From Kondoa subrosea (Eukaryota), in NCBI GenBank assembly GCA_039545335.1, contig BCIN01000007.1, positions 496,001 through 560,000 of the forward strand: 64,000 nt of DNA, in the 5' to 3' direction. The translations under genes and the position numbers were made by a program. The notes under the pieces are model-generated. The model ran no database searches and had not been told where the DNA came from. It saw only the letters and a list, made by a program, of their open reading frames with translations. Of the stretch, positions 13,888-25,679 are shown one piece after another (position 1 is the first letter of the stretch; every line of letters begins with the position of its first letter).

Positions 13888-14948
13888 TCAAAGATCGCCA
13901 GAGGATCCGCTTAATCTTGCGAATGCTTTGCTTGTTGTATCCTGGAGCTGAATCCAGTCCCTATATGATCCTGATAAGTATATAATTGCCTGATAGGTGA
14001 AGAGCTTACGTTCCGCCTGTCTTCACTGCCAGAACATATAGCAAAAAGCATGCTGTCAACAGGAAAGTCCATCTCATTTGATACAGAACCGCTGCTTCAG
14101 ATCTTAAGCACAGTCCATTTATGAAAGAAGAATACGTACTCGAGAGCAGCATGTCCCCACTTTCTCCTTTCGACCAAGCTTCAAAAGCTTTTTGCTGACT
14201 ATCAACGCCTCTTAACAATTCCGGCCTGACCCTCCAGTTGATTACTTTTCCTTTCCCCTTTTTCTGCAAGCGATAGATAACCAGCGTTGGTATTGACCAA
14301 ACATTCCATTTGCTAGCTAAATGAACTCGACTGAAAGGTCTTGCATAACCTTCTGAGTCTACTTCAAGATCTTCTTCATCCGCTAAGAGAAACGCTTCCG
14401 ATCTAGCTAAATCAGGTGTTTCCAAAGCTTCTTCATGAGTTGAAACTGGTAAAGTTGAACCATCATTCCATTCCATTGCTAACCAAGGTTTCGATTCCGT
14501 TGATCGAGAGAAAGCTTTGGCATCCGTATCGATAGAGACGAAAACACATTTGAAGCGATGAGGATTCCGAACAGAAAGTTGCATGATACTCTGTCATCAA
14601 GCGGATGATCAGAACCTTTTTAAACCGTTTTGAAATTGGGAAGATTTGGCACACCTCATAGTACGCGTTAAGGTTACCCTGTGATTTGCTCCATTCCGAA
14701 CCAAACAAGAAAGCTACCACTTCGCAATCCCTAAACTCGGATTCCAGATTCACTTCTTTCCCATGCCCGTCCCTCAGCCTCAGTCGCCGTAATAGTGAGT
14801 CAGAATGAGTGTACAGATACGAAGGCACACGATCAGCCAGCGAGGCAGCCAAAGGCGTCTTCATTGCGGAACTCCTTCGACGAGGTTTCGGTTTCTGAGG
14901 GGCATCTGAGGCGGAGAAGGAGACACGTTTGTTTTGGGCTGTTGTCAT
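13888..14948 (-). CDS. Thioredoxin-like (nucleoredoxin-type fold) protein with C-terminal TM helix, lacking CxxC
   Basis: EVVAFLFGSEW, FKCVFVSID, PWLAMEW, KWNVWSIPTLVI match the Thioredoxin_8-like pattern; hydrophobic C-terminus. Confidence 0.7.
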
Positions 14949-15116
14949 TGGTTCTCAGCGAAGGTATATCGAGTCAGGTATCTAGGTGAAGTTCGGCGTT
15001 GCAGAACAAGCATCATTTCCTGAATATTAGATTAGGTAATCCTCGGATTACTTAGCAATGCATATGGATATGGCTCGTACGAGTCAGTACAAGTATCAGT
15101 ATATATTCAAGCAAAA

Positions 15117-15793
15117 TCACAAGCCCTCGAAAAGACCTTCAACTTCTTCCGCTTCGTCAGCAGTTGGACTGTCATGAATGAATGCCAATTGGGTTTGGTC
15201 ATACATCTGCTTGTCATCTTCTTTCACCGCTGGCGATGGAATGATAGAGAACGTTTCTGACCGATTGCTACTGTCACCAAGCAGAACGATGACATAACCA
15301 TCTCTCGCTTCCAAGTTTAGAGGTAGTTTGATTCGAGCAGATCCCATACAGAGAGGAACATGGATCAGAAGAGGTATATCTGCACAGCAGTCAGCTTTGT
15401 CGCAAGGCTGAAAGTCGGCAAAAGACAGACCTAAGCTGATTGTCTGATCTTGCTCCATACGACCTAGTACTAGCATTCCGAATTGATGATATTGACTCTG
15501 AGGCATATCAGAAGTATTCCTGTACTATTTTTGAGCTAGAAGAACAAAGGGGTTTTCTGAGGGAATTTACCAAACGACGTCCATGAATGAGCCAGGAACA
15601 AAAGCATCGCAAGAACTGGGAGAAAGAATGCGTCTATATCAAGCAAGGTCAATTAAAGCTGTCAATAGGGCAAGAGAAGAACTTACGGGTTCCAGATTTT
15701 GCTTTCTGCTCCGAGCGGAAGAGATCCTCGAAGAGTCGGAAAAGCTTGAACGGATACCAGAGCAAATAGAGCACAAAGTATGGTATGCACCAT
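15117..15793 (-). CDS. Small secreted protein, Kre9/Knh1 N-terminal-like beta-sandwich
   Basis: Signal peptide MVHTILCALFALVSVQA, IWNPRILSP..G..DVVWNTS, GYVIVLLGDSSNRSETFSI; 3 introns. Confidence 0.65.
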
Positions 15794-16315
15794 CGAGAAG
15801 GTAATTAGGGGAGCGAAAAATAGCCAGAGAATACAAAGCTGTTTAGCGAAATCAAGAAGCCCTTCTGAGAGATATAAAGGGAATCGAAAGTCAATTCTTT
15901 GACAAGTCCCATGGAAACCGCGGAGCTCTTTCGAGCGCCGAGACTGTCAGAATAGAAACTCTGGTCGCCCAAAGAGATGATCAGAAAAAGGTAGTCTAGT
16001 TGGAGTAAAGCCAGAAATCAATGACGAGAGGACCAAAGGACATTTTCATGTGAGATAAAGGATTGAACGTCACATAAAGCATCCAGTCGTGCAATCAGCT
16101 TGTTTGACAACCTTTCAAAGAGCATAACGAATTGCTTGAAAAGTGTCTTTCGCGCTCAAGGCAACCTAGCACTGCAGGAGTGTAGTACGCGCTAAACCTA
16201 TGCGCGCCGCATGCATGCCTGTGATTGATCTTGAATCACGAACTCGCATAGCGGCGTGTAGAAGACCTACTGCTTGACCAAATTTGTGAGCAAGCTTGTT
16301 CCTGCCCAGCGTTGC

Positions 16316-17849
16316 ATGCAAAGCTTTCGAAGGGTTATACCCATTGCAAATGGTATACCTCGATGCTGTTATTCCACTGCTTCGCCAAAGAAAGCTCGGC
16401 GAAAGCAGCAGCAGCAGCCAAAATACAACTACAACGCGAATCCTTTTGAGCCTGTGCCAGAGGACGAAGACTCTCGCTTGTTTCCTGCTCTGACTGCGAA
16501 ACAATTATCTGTCTATACTCAACCTGCTAAACGCTATCGAGCCTTGACTAGAGACTTCATTGACGATTCACTCTATAATCCGCACTATGGCTACTTCACC
16601 CAGCAAGCAGTCATCTTTGACCTAAACAAGACTCAGGATGTAGGACAAGATCAAGGAAGTGGGTTGGATTTCAAGAGTTTGCCAAATAGCGCTGCATTGG
16701 ATCGAGAGATTGCGAAGAGATATGGAGCTTTCGAAGGCGAAGAAGGCATGCAATCAATTCCTGGAATGGGGACAGGGAAAGCGAGACAAGTTTGGCATAC
16801 GCCTACAGAGCTCTTTCAGGTCAGCTTCATCCTTCTGTTGATTCGCATTACTCATATGTCTATAGCCTTGGTACGCTCGAGCAGTAGCAAGATACCTGCT
16901 GAACGAATACCAGCTTCATCTGTCTCAAAAGGAAGATCTCATTATTTACGAGTTGGGAGCAGGAAACGGAACATTGATGCGAGGCATTCTCGACTATCTG
17001 GCAGAACATGAACCAGAAATTTATGCTCGAACCCAGTACAAGATTATCGAAATATCACCTCGCTTGGTAGAACTGCAAAAGGCTCGAGCTGGTCCTAAGC
17101 ATGCCACTCGAATCGAAGTCATACAATCTGATATCTTCGACTGGCAGCAGACTGTCTCGCAGCCCTGTTTCTTTCTTGCCTTTGAAGTGTTGGATAATCT
17201 GGCGCACGATGTAATTCGCTTTTCTCGTGATCCAGATCAACCTATTACACCTCTTCAATGCAATATCAGCGTTTCTTCGAATGGCGAATTTGTCGAGCAA
17301 TACACGCCAGTCTCTGATCCTCTTATTTTGGAATTGTTGGCTCTGCGACAAACAACTTCTCTACCTTCCCTGATGCCAAACTATCCCCCTTTTGTCCGAC
17401 GGATACTATCAACATTACCATTCAGCGCAAATATGACAGCACCAATCTTTATCCCTACCAAACTTCTCAAGCTCCTACATATTCTGAAAGATCGATTCCC
17501 CTTACATCGACTTCTCCTTTCCGATTTCTCTTCTTTACCAGATACGATTCCGGGTACGAATTCGCCAGTCGTTCAAACACGTTACAAAGGTCAAACTGTT
17601 CCCTGTACAACTTATTTAGTTTCGCAAGGTTATTTCGATATCTTCTTCCCTACCGATTTTGAAGCGCTTCGACAAATGTATGAAGCTGTTATGGGAAAGA
17701 AGAAGATGAAGTATGAAAGTCATGCGCAGTTTTTGAATAGATGGAGTGAGAAAGAGGAAACGAGGTTGAAGAACGGGGAGAATCCGATGTTGGAATATTT
17801 TGAGAATCAGGCTTTCGCTTATTCCTCTTCGATGGATGAAGATTGTTAG
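16316..17849 (+). CDS. Mitochondrial NDUFAF7/MidA-family SAM-dependent arginine methyltransferase
   Basis: RDFIDDSLYNPHYGYF, VWHTPTELF, IYELGAGNGTLM, IIEIS, FEVLDNLAHD, QGYFDIFFPTDF. Confidence 0.88.
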
Positions 17850-17970
17850 TCTATTCCTGTCCAGGCTCTGAACGATTGCTAATATCAAGGCCTAGGACGA
17901 AAACGGAATACATCGCCTCAACGAAATCGGCAAAGATGAGAAGGATGTCGCTGGTTAACCATCCTTGTCA

Positions 17971-18663
17971 ATGATGCAGTTATTGAAGCTCAGGCTGGCC
18001 CTGTCTTCTCATCTTCGCTCTCTTCCCTCTTTACGCAAACACAAGCCTGGCGCTTTAGATCTCTTCTTTCAACCTTCTCGGCCTAAACCTTCTAAATGGC
18101 ATTCTCTCGATTCTGATGGTAAACTTATCTCTTCCGATATTGCTAAATTATCGGCACTACAAGAGAGCATTCTTTTCGCAACAAGAGTTGCTGGAGCTTT
18201 CTTGACCGAACCGCCGAATAGTTCTAGAATCGCTATTGATCTGACGAATGCGTTGCATGATTTGGATCGGATTGAAGATAAAGTCAAGAGAAGACATTCG
18301 ATGAGTTATATCGTCAGCTTCTTATGCCTATTCAAAGTAAGTTTGCTGATGTGGCAGTGCAGGAATCTTCGATTCAACATCACTATTACTGCGACTCAAG
18401 TGAGTTTGAGCACATCATTTCTACTGTATTACATGTACTGATAAGCTATGTAGCCAAAGAAGAGGTCATCAAGACTTTGCGAACAGCTATTGATGACCTG
18501 ACCATGTAAGCTTCTGTCGAAGAATGCCTGTCCTTGCTAACCTTTAAATAGCTTATGCGAACAAGGCCTGATCTCTCGAGTTGATAAGCGGGTGTGTCAA
18601 GATGTAGTCGAAAGTGGAATCAAGAAATTTGATCGCATAGTAAAACGAAGGCATTCGATCTGA
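17971..18663 (+). CDS. Hypothetical protein (4 exons)
   Basis: Continuous frame after removing 3 GT-AG introns; KRRHS motif occurs twice. Confidence 0.55.
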
Positions 18664-18719
18664 GTGTATTACATTGAAGAAATCTCATGTTATTGTCCGT
18701 TGATTGCATACTAGCACCG

Positions 18720-19499
18720 CTAAACCTGTTCGCGGCCGATCTTGACGCTACTTCCAAGCAAATCCACCTTGATTGTACCATCACTTGCTTCATTGCCTTC
18801 TTCGTTTCCCTCTTCTGCTGGTGGACTTTCGCTGTTCCATGCATGCCAAGGGAAGGATAATTGTCTTTTCTTCAATGCTGGTTCTTCAGCGGTATCCTGA
18901 ACAGTACCTTCTCCGGCTTCTGCATCGAACTCTTTGCCTTTCCAAGGATGAGATGGTCGCCACCACTTAGCACTCACACTGTTTTCTGAACCGTCTCCTT
19001 CTTCTTCTTGTGGTGGATTCTCAGAATTCCAGGCATGCCAAGGAAAAAGGAAACCTGTTTTGAGAACAGGTAGTTCGTCAATATCTTGATCGTTGCCATC
19101 AGCTGCCCTCTTTGCGGTGAGTTGTCTGGTACTCCATGCATGCCAAGGTCTCCACCATCTGCCTCCATCACTCTCGTCGTCCGCTGATGAACCTTCCTCT
19201 TGCTCTAGCTCAAGGTTCATATCCAGTTCAATAGCTGAGCGCCCTTTCTTGACCATACCAGTAGTAGATAATAGATTGTTCTGATCACCAGCGGCTTGTT
19301 TGTGAGCAGAAACAGTTTTGACGGCGGCGAAAGATTCAAAATCTTGTTTGGCGTTGACAATTGAGATGCCGTGAGCTACTAGAGCAATAAGACAAGAGCA
19401 AATATCCATAATGAGCTCTAGAGACTTACCAGCTTTCAAGGCGTGGGCATTAATGCTGCCACAAAGTGCGAGAAGAAAGATTGAACAGAGGAAACGCAT
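18720..19499 (-). CDS. Secreted repeat-peptide precursor (KEP/RiPP-precursor-like) with PWHAW cores
   Basis: Signal peptide MRFLCSIFLLALCGSINA, 51-nt intron 19379-19429, four W-rich cores between acidic spacers, KR/KKR sites. Confidence 0.75.
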   Translation of the reverse strand: MRFLCSIFLLALCGSINAHALKAGKSLELIMDICSCLIALVAHGISIVNAKQDFESFAAVKTVSAHKQAAGDQNNLLSTTGMVKKGRSAIELDMNLELEQEEGSSADDESDGGRWWRPWHAWSTRQLTAKRAADGNDQDIDELPVLKTGFLFPWHAWNSENPPQEEEGDGSENSVSAKWWRPSHPWKGKEFDAEAGEGTVQDTAEEPALKKRQLSFPWHAWNSESPPAEEGNEEGNEASDGTIKVDLLGSSVKIGREQV

Positions 19500-19974
19500 C
19501 GTTGCGAGAATGAGCTCGAGTTTCGACCAGCGAGAAAAGGAGTGGACCAGAACAAGAGGGAAAGTCAGAAAAAAAGTGCACAAGACTGAAATTGCATGGC
19601 CTAGATTTGCCTTAAGAGACGAAACATGAATCTGTTGCCGTCTTAAGTCATCTGTCGATTGATGAGAACACGAGACGGAAGGACACTGGCCATATCGAAG
19701 AGCGTCTTGGCAGTTCGTGTGCGATTGAGAGCCTGGCGGTAGGCTCAAGAATAGAGCCTGAATATCAATTCTTTGCACGGCGAGACTAAGATTACGTAAT
19801 GCACTCGATTCGCGTCAAAATGGAGTAGTGAAGTGCTTCTGTCTGCGGTATAGGTTTGGAGTTTGCGCGAGGAAATTTGCAGATGCTTTGCTTTCTTCTT
19901 TGCATAAATTACTTATGTACATCTATGTTTCAGCAAGACTTTTGGCTCTCTTACGAACTAACATGCCTTGATAT

Positions 19975-22547
19975 CTACGCTTGAACACCTCTGCCCAATG
20001 TACCGAAAACAACGCCTTGCCCTTCGTTGATGGGTCTCCTCAGCTTGTTAGCACCTGAATCCACAAAGAATGAAGCCATGTTGGTAACATTGCTATTCCT
20101 CGTGGTTTGGTCATACTGTCAAAGCGGTGAGATACAATCATCTGGGCACATTTCAAAAGCTCACGAAGCCGTAGTAATTCGCTTGTACTTGCTGAGGCGT
20201 AATGGACAACTCGAAGTAGCCTCGAAGTTGGCCTTCAGCTGGTAATCACACGAGGTACAATCAGCACGGTACTTGAGACATAACAAAGGAAAGAAAGTAA
20301 AGTCACCGTATTGCAGGGCAGGTGTAGCTAGAAGAAAACATCAGTATCATCCAGAACAAAATCGTAAGCAAAGCTCTTGCCTTGTACAAGACCAGCAGAG
20401 TAATTGCGATAGAACGTATCGGTATTCGTATAGGAATATGATGATGGACTGCTGACAGCCGAGCCGGCGAATTCGACAGCTAGAGAGCCTTCTCCGGTCA
20501 CTGGATTGTAGTTTGTAGCGTTTTCCCTGACAGTGTCGTAGACCCAGCTACAGACACAGGTCATCAGATGATGTTAAAGTGTGCAAAGGTAGAATCATTT
20601 ACGTAGCATGTGAATCGCCTGACGTGATGATGGTATTGTTGATATTGTTCTTCTCAATATAGCTGAGAATACTGTCTCGTTGAGCACCATAGCCGGACCA
20701 GGCATCAGCATTGATACTGGTAGCTCCTTTCGACACAATCGAATAGTTGGTGTTGCCGAAAACTACTTGTTGCATCTATAATGTGATTATTAGCATGCCT
20801 TAAGGGTACGTAAGTACAGAGCTTACAAGTATTCGCCAGACAGCGCCTCGTTCTTGACTCTGTTCGAGCTCATTGAAGAGAAAGTTCTGCTGCTTCTTGC
20901 CAGTCATTGAGCGGTCCTTGTCGTCTTTGAATACCATAAGCATAAAGCCCTGATTCGACCAGTCTACACACACCCTTTTCCGCGACAATTTTTTCTGTGT
21001 TGTAATAAAGATCGGTTACAGAGCGATTGTAATTTCTAGTATCAAGCATCACCATGTCGAATAGCTTGCCAATCTTGAAGGATCTCCAGATACGAAGCTT
21101 GTCATCCGTCTGAATCTGGCGGATAGGCATCCACTCTAAAGTAATATGGCGTGGGACAATTTCGAATTGTTAGAAGTGAACATACCATAGTATGCTCGGA
21201 CGGCATTCGCTTTTCTTTCGGTGAATTGGTAACCACCTACTTGACCTTGAATAGTGTCATTGCTATCAGCCGTACCGAACTATTAGGTTTATCAGCTAGA
21301 CCCTGCAATCAAGCCAGACAACACACTGCCCAAGAATTCTGTTTGCACATTCATGATGAGCTAGTCACCACTGGAAGCTGAAAAGCGACGTACATCGGCG
21401 ACTTCATGATCGTCCCAGACTTCAGAGAGAATTATAGACTCAGTATCGGAAGAGAATCATTGGTAATATGAAACACCTGTTTGCCAAGCAAGCTTCTGGT
21501 GCAATGCTCTATATCGACAGTTTAGTCACGAAGCATCTCAAGTAATGCGACACTTACTGGAGATCTGGATCGGCTCTATAAGAAGCGTATCGGTCCCGAT
21601 AATCTTGAAGTGAAGCAACTTCGCGCAAAGGCAGAGAATAGCGGCCAAGCGTTGCTCCGCTTCCATATGCACCATCTGCGTACTCGTAGACTGGAAAACT
21701 ATTAGTCAGGAAGCCAACGGGAAAGGTTCTCGCCTACTGTAGTCTCCGAGCTGTGACTGTTCAGCTTGGCATTCGCAGGAGTCTGGTAAACGCTTACGTG
21801 CTGCACATAATCTAAATCTTCTGAATGGTTCGCTGCAGACCCGTAGGCATTGAAATATCCGAAGGGCTTGTTAGCACAAGAGAAGACAGCCAAGTTGATC
21901 TTTTCAGGCATAGAATCAGGCTAGATAGACTTATCAAACTAGAAGTGGAAAACCAGTGATTGACATACTTCTGGTAATGTCTTGAAGGTGCCCATCATAG
22001 ACGCACCAAGCTCGGCGCCAGAGCAACTCTGGAACATGTAATTGTATTTCGTGTACGGCTCCAGGCCTTTGACTTCCACCTTGACAGACCAACCAATCTC
22101 GTAGGAAGTATGCGCCTGACCAGAAGTGACAAGGGAGGATTTGTTGAAATCTTCAGACTTCGATACCATGTAGTCCAAACATATTGGTGGATAGTCGTTC
22201 CCGCCATACAACCCCGCCAAGTCCAGCTTCTGAGGAAGAGTCCATAGGATAACAGACTAGATGACTTTGATGAGATCCACGCGGGTAAGTAGAAGATACT
22301 CCCGTACATCGTCATATGGGTCACCACTTGCTACTCCATAGGGAAACGTCAGATTTCCAGTGTAATATTGACTCCCACCATTGTTCCTCTTGCGTAGATT
22401 GGAGTGTACTTGATCTAGAGGGACTTCCAATGCACGAATATTCAACGAAGGAGATTTGTAAGCCAAATTCGATTCAAAGATTGAAGGATTGGCGGATGGA
22501 GCAGCAATGCTAGCTCCAGCAAGCAGTAGCAGTGACAGTATCTGCAT
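19975..22547 (-). CDS. Secreted alkaline phosphatase D (PhoD family)
   Basis: Signal peptide, FPYGVASGDPY, LAVFSC, HLGDYIYEY, VWDDHEVAD, MLDTR, DAWSGY, SGDSH, VEFAGSAVSS; many introns. Confidence 0.92.
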
Positions 22548-22679
22548 GATTGTATGGTATAGAAGGAAGATTATTGGCCCTGACAAGCATTAGATTCGGC
22601 ACGTTCGGCATTTAATGAAGCGGATCAACAAATGCATAAAACGTGAACAAGAGGGAAACGTTTGTATATGTAATGGCAG

Positions 22680-24129
22680 TCAGCTTTCACTATTCGCATA
22701 CGTTAGATGGATTCTGCTGCATGCCTGAATCGGATGGATTGAGCGCGGTTCCCAAGTGCTTGGGAAGGAAGTCAGTACCTGCTTGTGACCTTCTTGCCAA
22801 TGCTTCTTCTGACAGTCTACACTAGAGCTGTATAGACATTGATATATCAGATTAAGTGAAAAGATGGACGACAGAAGAGACTTGCTACATTGCTGCACAA
22901 CAGTAGGAGCAAATCTTATAGCGGTTTTCCAGATCTTCTGCGACGTATTTATACCGACCACATTGTAAGCAAAGTTGGCACTTTTCGTCTCGATGATTTT
23001 CACGGAGCTCTATATCGAGAAGTTTTATTCGGTCTGATAGTTCTGAAAGGTGATAGACAGCTTGTATTGGTAAAGATAACATATTTTCAGCTCCCTCACT
23101 CAGTCTGTAGCGGAGAAGAAGGGATAACCCTATTGCAGGATTTATCGCCTTTAGCGTTGCTTCTGAGTAATTTTCATCCGTTTCGTACGCCAACATCAGA
23201 TGCATATACGTCTGCAAAACAGTTTCCATGTCGCGTGAAAGTATCAGCATTCCCGGTTGATTGTCGACAAAGAGATATCGACCACGTATATCGCGCGTCG
23301 GATCAATCTTGACTTTCGGGTTTGCGAGCAGGAGATCAACCAATTTCTGCATTGCCATTGGTATCCAGGCAAGTTTTTCTAGTGTTGATTGGGTACTGCT
23401 ACAGTTTGCATCGTCGGGTAGACCATACCGACGAATGTATGTGGATAGATGAATTAAGACATTGAAAAGTTGAAGCTCGAGAGACAGTGTAACGAAACGT
23501 TGAATATAAGTCGGAGGAAAGCGCTTGATAGACCAGACATGACTGTACAGCTGATGGACAAATGCACTGCAGGCTTCTACCAGCATTTGTCCATGTCCTT
23601 CTTGTAAGTGTGTTCCCTCAACTACCTCTTCTATACGATTCAATAGCAAGATCGATTCTTGCGATAGTATTGTACGGAAGATATATGCCAGGGAAGGGTT
23701 GTCCACTCTGAATGGTTCCAGAGGCAAAACAGTAGCAATCCAATCGCCCTGTTCGATCAATTCCCTACAAGAAGTCAGGTACTGTTGACAGGTTGAAGGT
23801 AAGAGTTCACGCACAGAATCTGACCTGCGATAGTCTTTACGGCATTGAAGGTACTTGCGTCGAGGCGTTTTATCGTTGCGTTTCCCGTCTCCATAGCCAT
23901 GTAATCCAGTCGTATTACTCCCTACCCAATCGTCCTGCTCCGGATTGAGATACTTCCTGAACCTGTTGTACTCTCGTTTGCAGATGGGCCTTGCAGGCGA
24001 AAAAGGAGCAAGGCTAGGTGCTGCTAGCTGGTGCTCAAGCGACACTATCCAGAAAGCAACTGCCGGGTATCAGCCTTGAGGTATCTATTCGGTTCGAAGA
24101 CAACCTTGCTCTTGACTCAAATCCAGCAT
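22680..24129 (-). CDS. MYND-type zinc finger protein (paralog B)
   Basis: 386-codon exon ending CLQCG..ICSYCCAAM|YSSVDCQKKHWQEGHKQ|ACSR; start inferred via 45-nt intron. Confidence 0.7.
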
Positions 24130-25653
24130 GTCATCAACAGCGCAATCCACAGCGCAGCTCGCTAGACAGTCCTTCGAAGCCTCACAAACACTGTCTGCTG
24201 CTGAACGAGTGGCCGCGTTGCAAGCTATTCGAACAGCTTTACATTTGGCCAAGGCAGAAATATTGGCAGCCAACGCAAAAGATGTAGAGGTTAGCTATTC
24301 TTGCAGCAATTCGATATCATGTTGGAATATATCCACAGGCAGCCAAGAAGCTCGTTGATGAAGGAAAGATGGAATCAGCTACTTTGAAGCGACTGGACTT
24401 GCAGTCTTCAACTGACAAGTACGACAGTATGCTTCAAGGGATCAGTGATGTTGCGGATCTACCAGATCCAGCTGGACAAGTCTCTTATGCGTCTCAGCTT
24501 GACGAAGATTTGGAACTCTACAAGGTTTCATGCCCTATTGGAGTACTTCTGGTCATCTTTGAAGCTAGACCTGAGGTTATAGCGAACATCACTGCATTAG
24601 CAGTCAAATCAGGTAAGTTCTTCTGCGATTCCAGGCGTTTCTCACTGATTTTATGATTTCAGGCAACGCTGCTATTCTGAAAGGTGGAAAAGAATCGCTA
24701 CACACTCAAGCAATCATGACCAAATCTATTCAAGCTGCTCTTTCGACTACCAAAATGCCTAAAGCCTATATCCAAACGGTCGAAACCCGTGCAGATATTT
24801 CTGCCTTACTTGCTCAAGATCAATACATTGATTTAGTCATTCCAAGAGGAAGCAATAGTCTAGTTAAATCTATACAGAATTCCACAAAGATTCCAGTAAT
24901 GGGTCATGCAGATGGAATATGTAGTATCTATCTTGATGAATCGGCAGTGGAGAACAAAGCCTTGAATGTGGTACTGGATTCAAAGGTAAGTTTTCTTTGA
25001 ATCTGTACATCTTGGCCTAATTACTGAATCTATCTTAGCTCACATATCCAGCAGCATGTAACGCAGTAGAAACTCTTCTTATACATGAATCGCTTCTGGA
25101 ATCACTTTGGCCAACATTAGCTCGAGCACTCCTTTCAGCAAACGTAACTATCAAATGCGACACTTCTTCTCATTCTGCAATCTCTTCCCATCCACTCATC
25201 ACCGCTCATTCTTCTTCCCCGACCTTACTAAAACAATCGACCGATTCTGATTATTTCACCGAATTCCTAAATCTCACTTTAGCTGTCAAAGTCGTCTCTT
25301 CCCTTACAGAAGCAATAAATCATATCAACTCCCATTCTTCTCATCATACAGATTGTATCATCACCGAATCCACATCAAACGCGCAATTGTTCAGTCGAGC
25401 AGTAGATTCAGCTGGTGTATACGTAAACGCAAGCACAAGGTTCGCAGATGGTTTTAGGTATGGGTTTGGAACTGAAGTAGGAGTTTCTACGGGTAAAATT
25501 CATGCAAGAGGTCCGGTTGGGTTGGAAGGTTTGATGATTTACAAATATCAGATTATAGGAAAGGGTAAAGAAGGTCATGCTACTGCTGATTATGGACAAG
25601 GCAAAAGACAGTATATGCATAAGAAGTTGCAAGTCAAAGAAGCACCGTATTAG
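24128..25653 (+). CDS. PRO2: Gamma-glutamyl phosphate reductase
   Basis: PIGVLLVIFEARP, KSGNAAILKGGKE, DLVIPRGS, GHADGIC, ACNAVETLL, NASTRFADGFRYGFGTEVGVSTGKIHARGPVGLEGL. Confidence 0.96.
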
Positions 25654-25679
25654 TATATACATAATGTATTCAATTGAAT

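Noticed and set aside
19500..19778. N-terminal extension of the 352-aa ORF
   Set aside because: Begins at GTG; the ATG at 19499 directly precedes a good signal peptide
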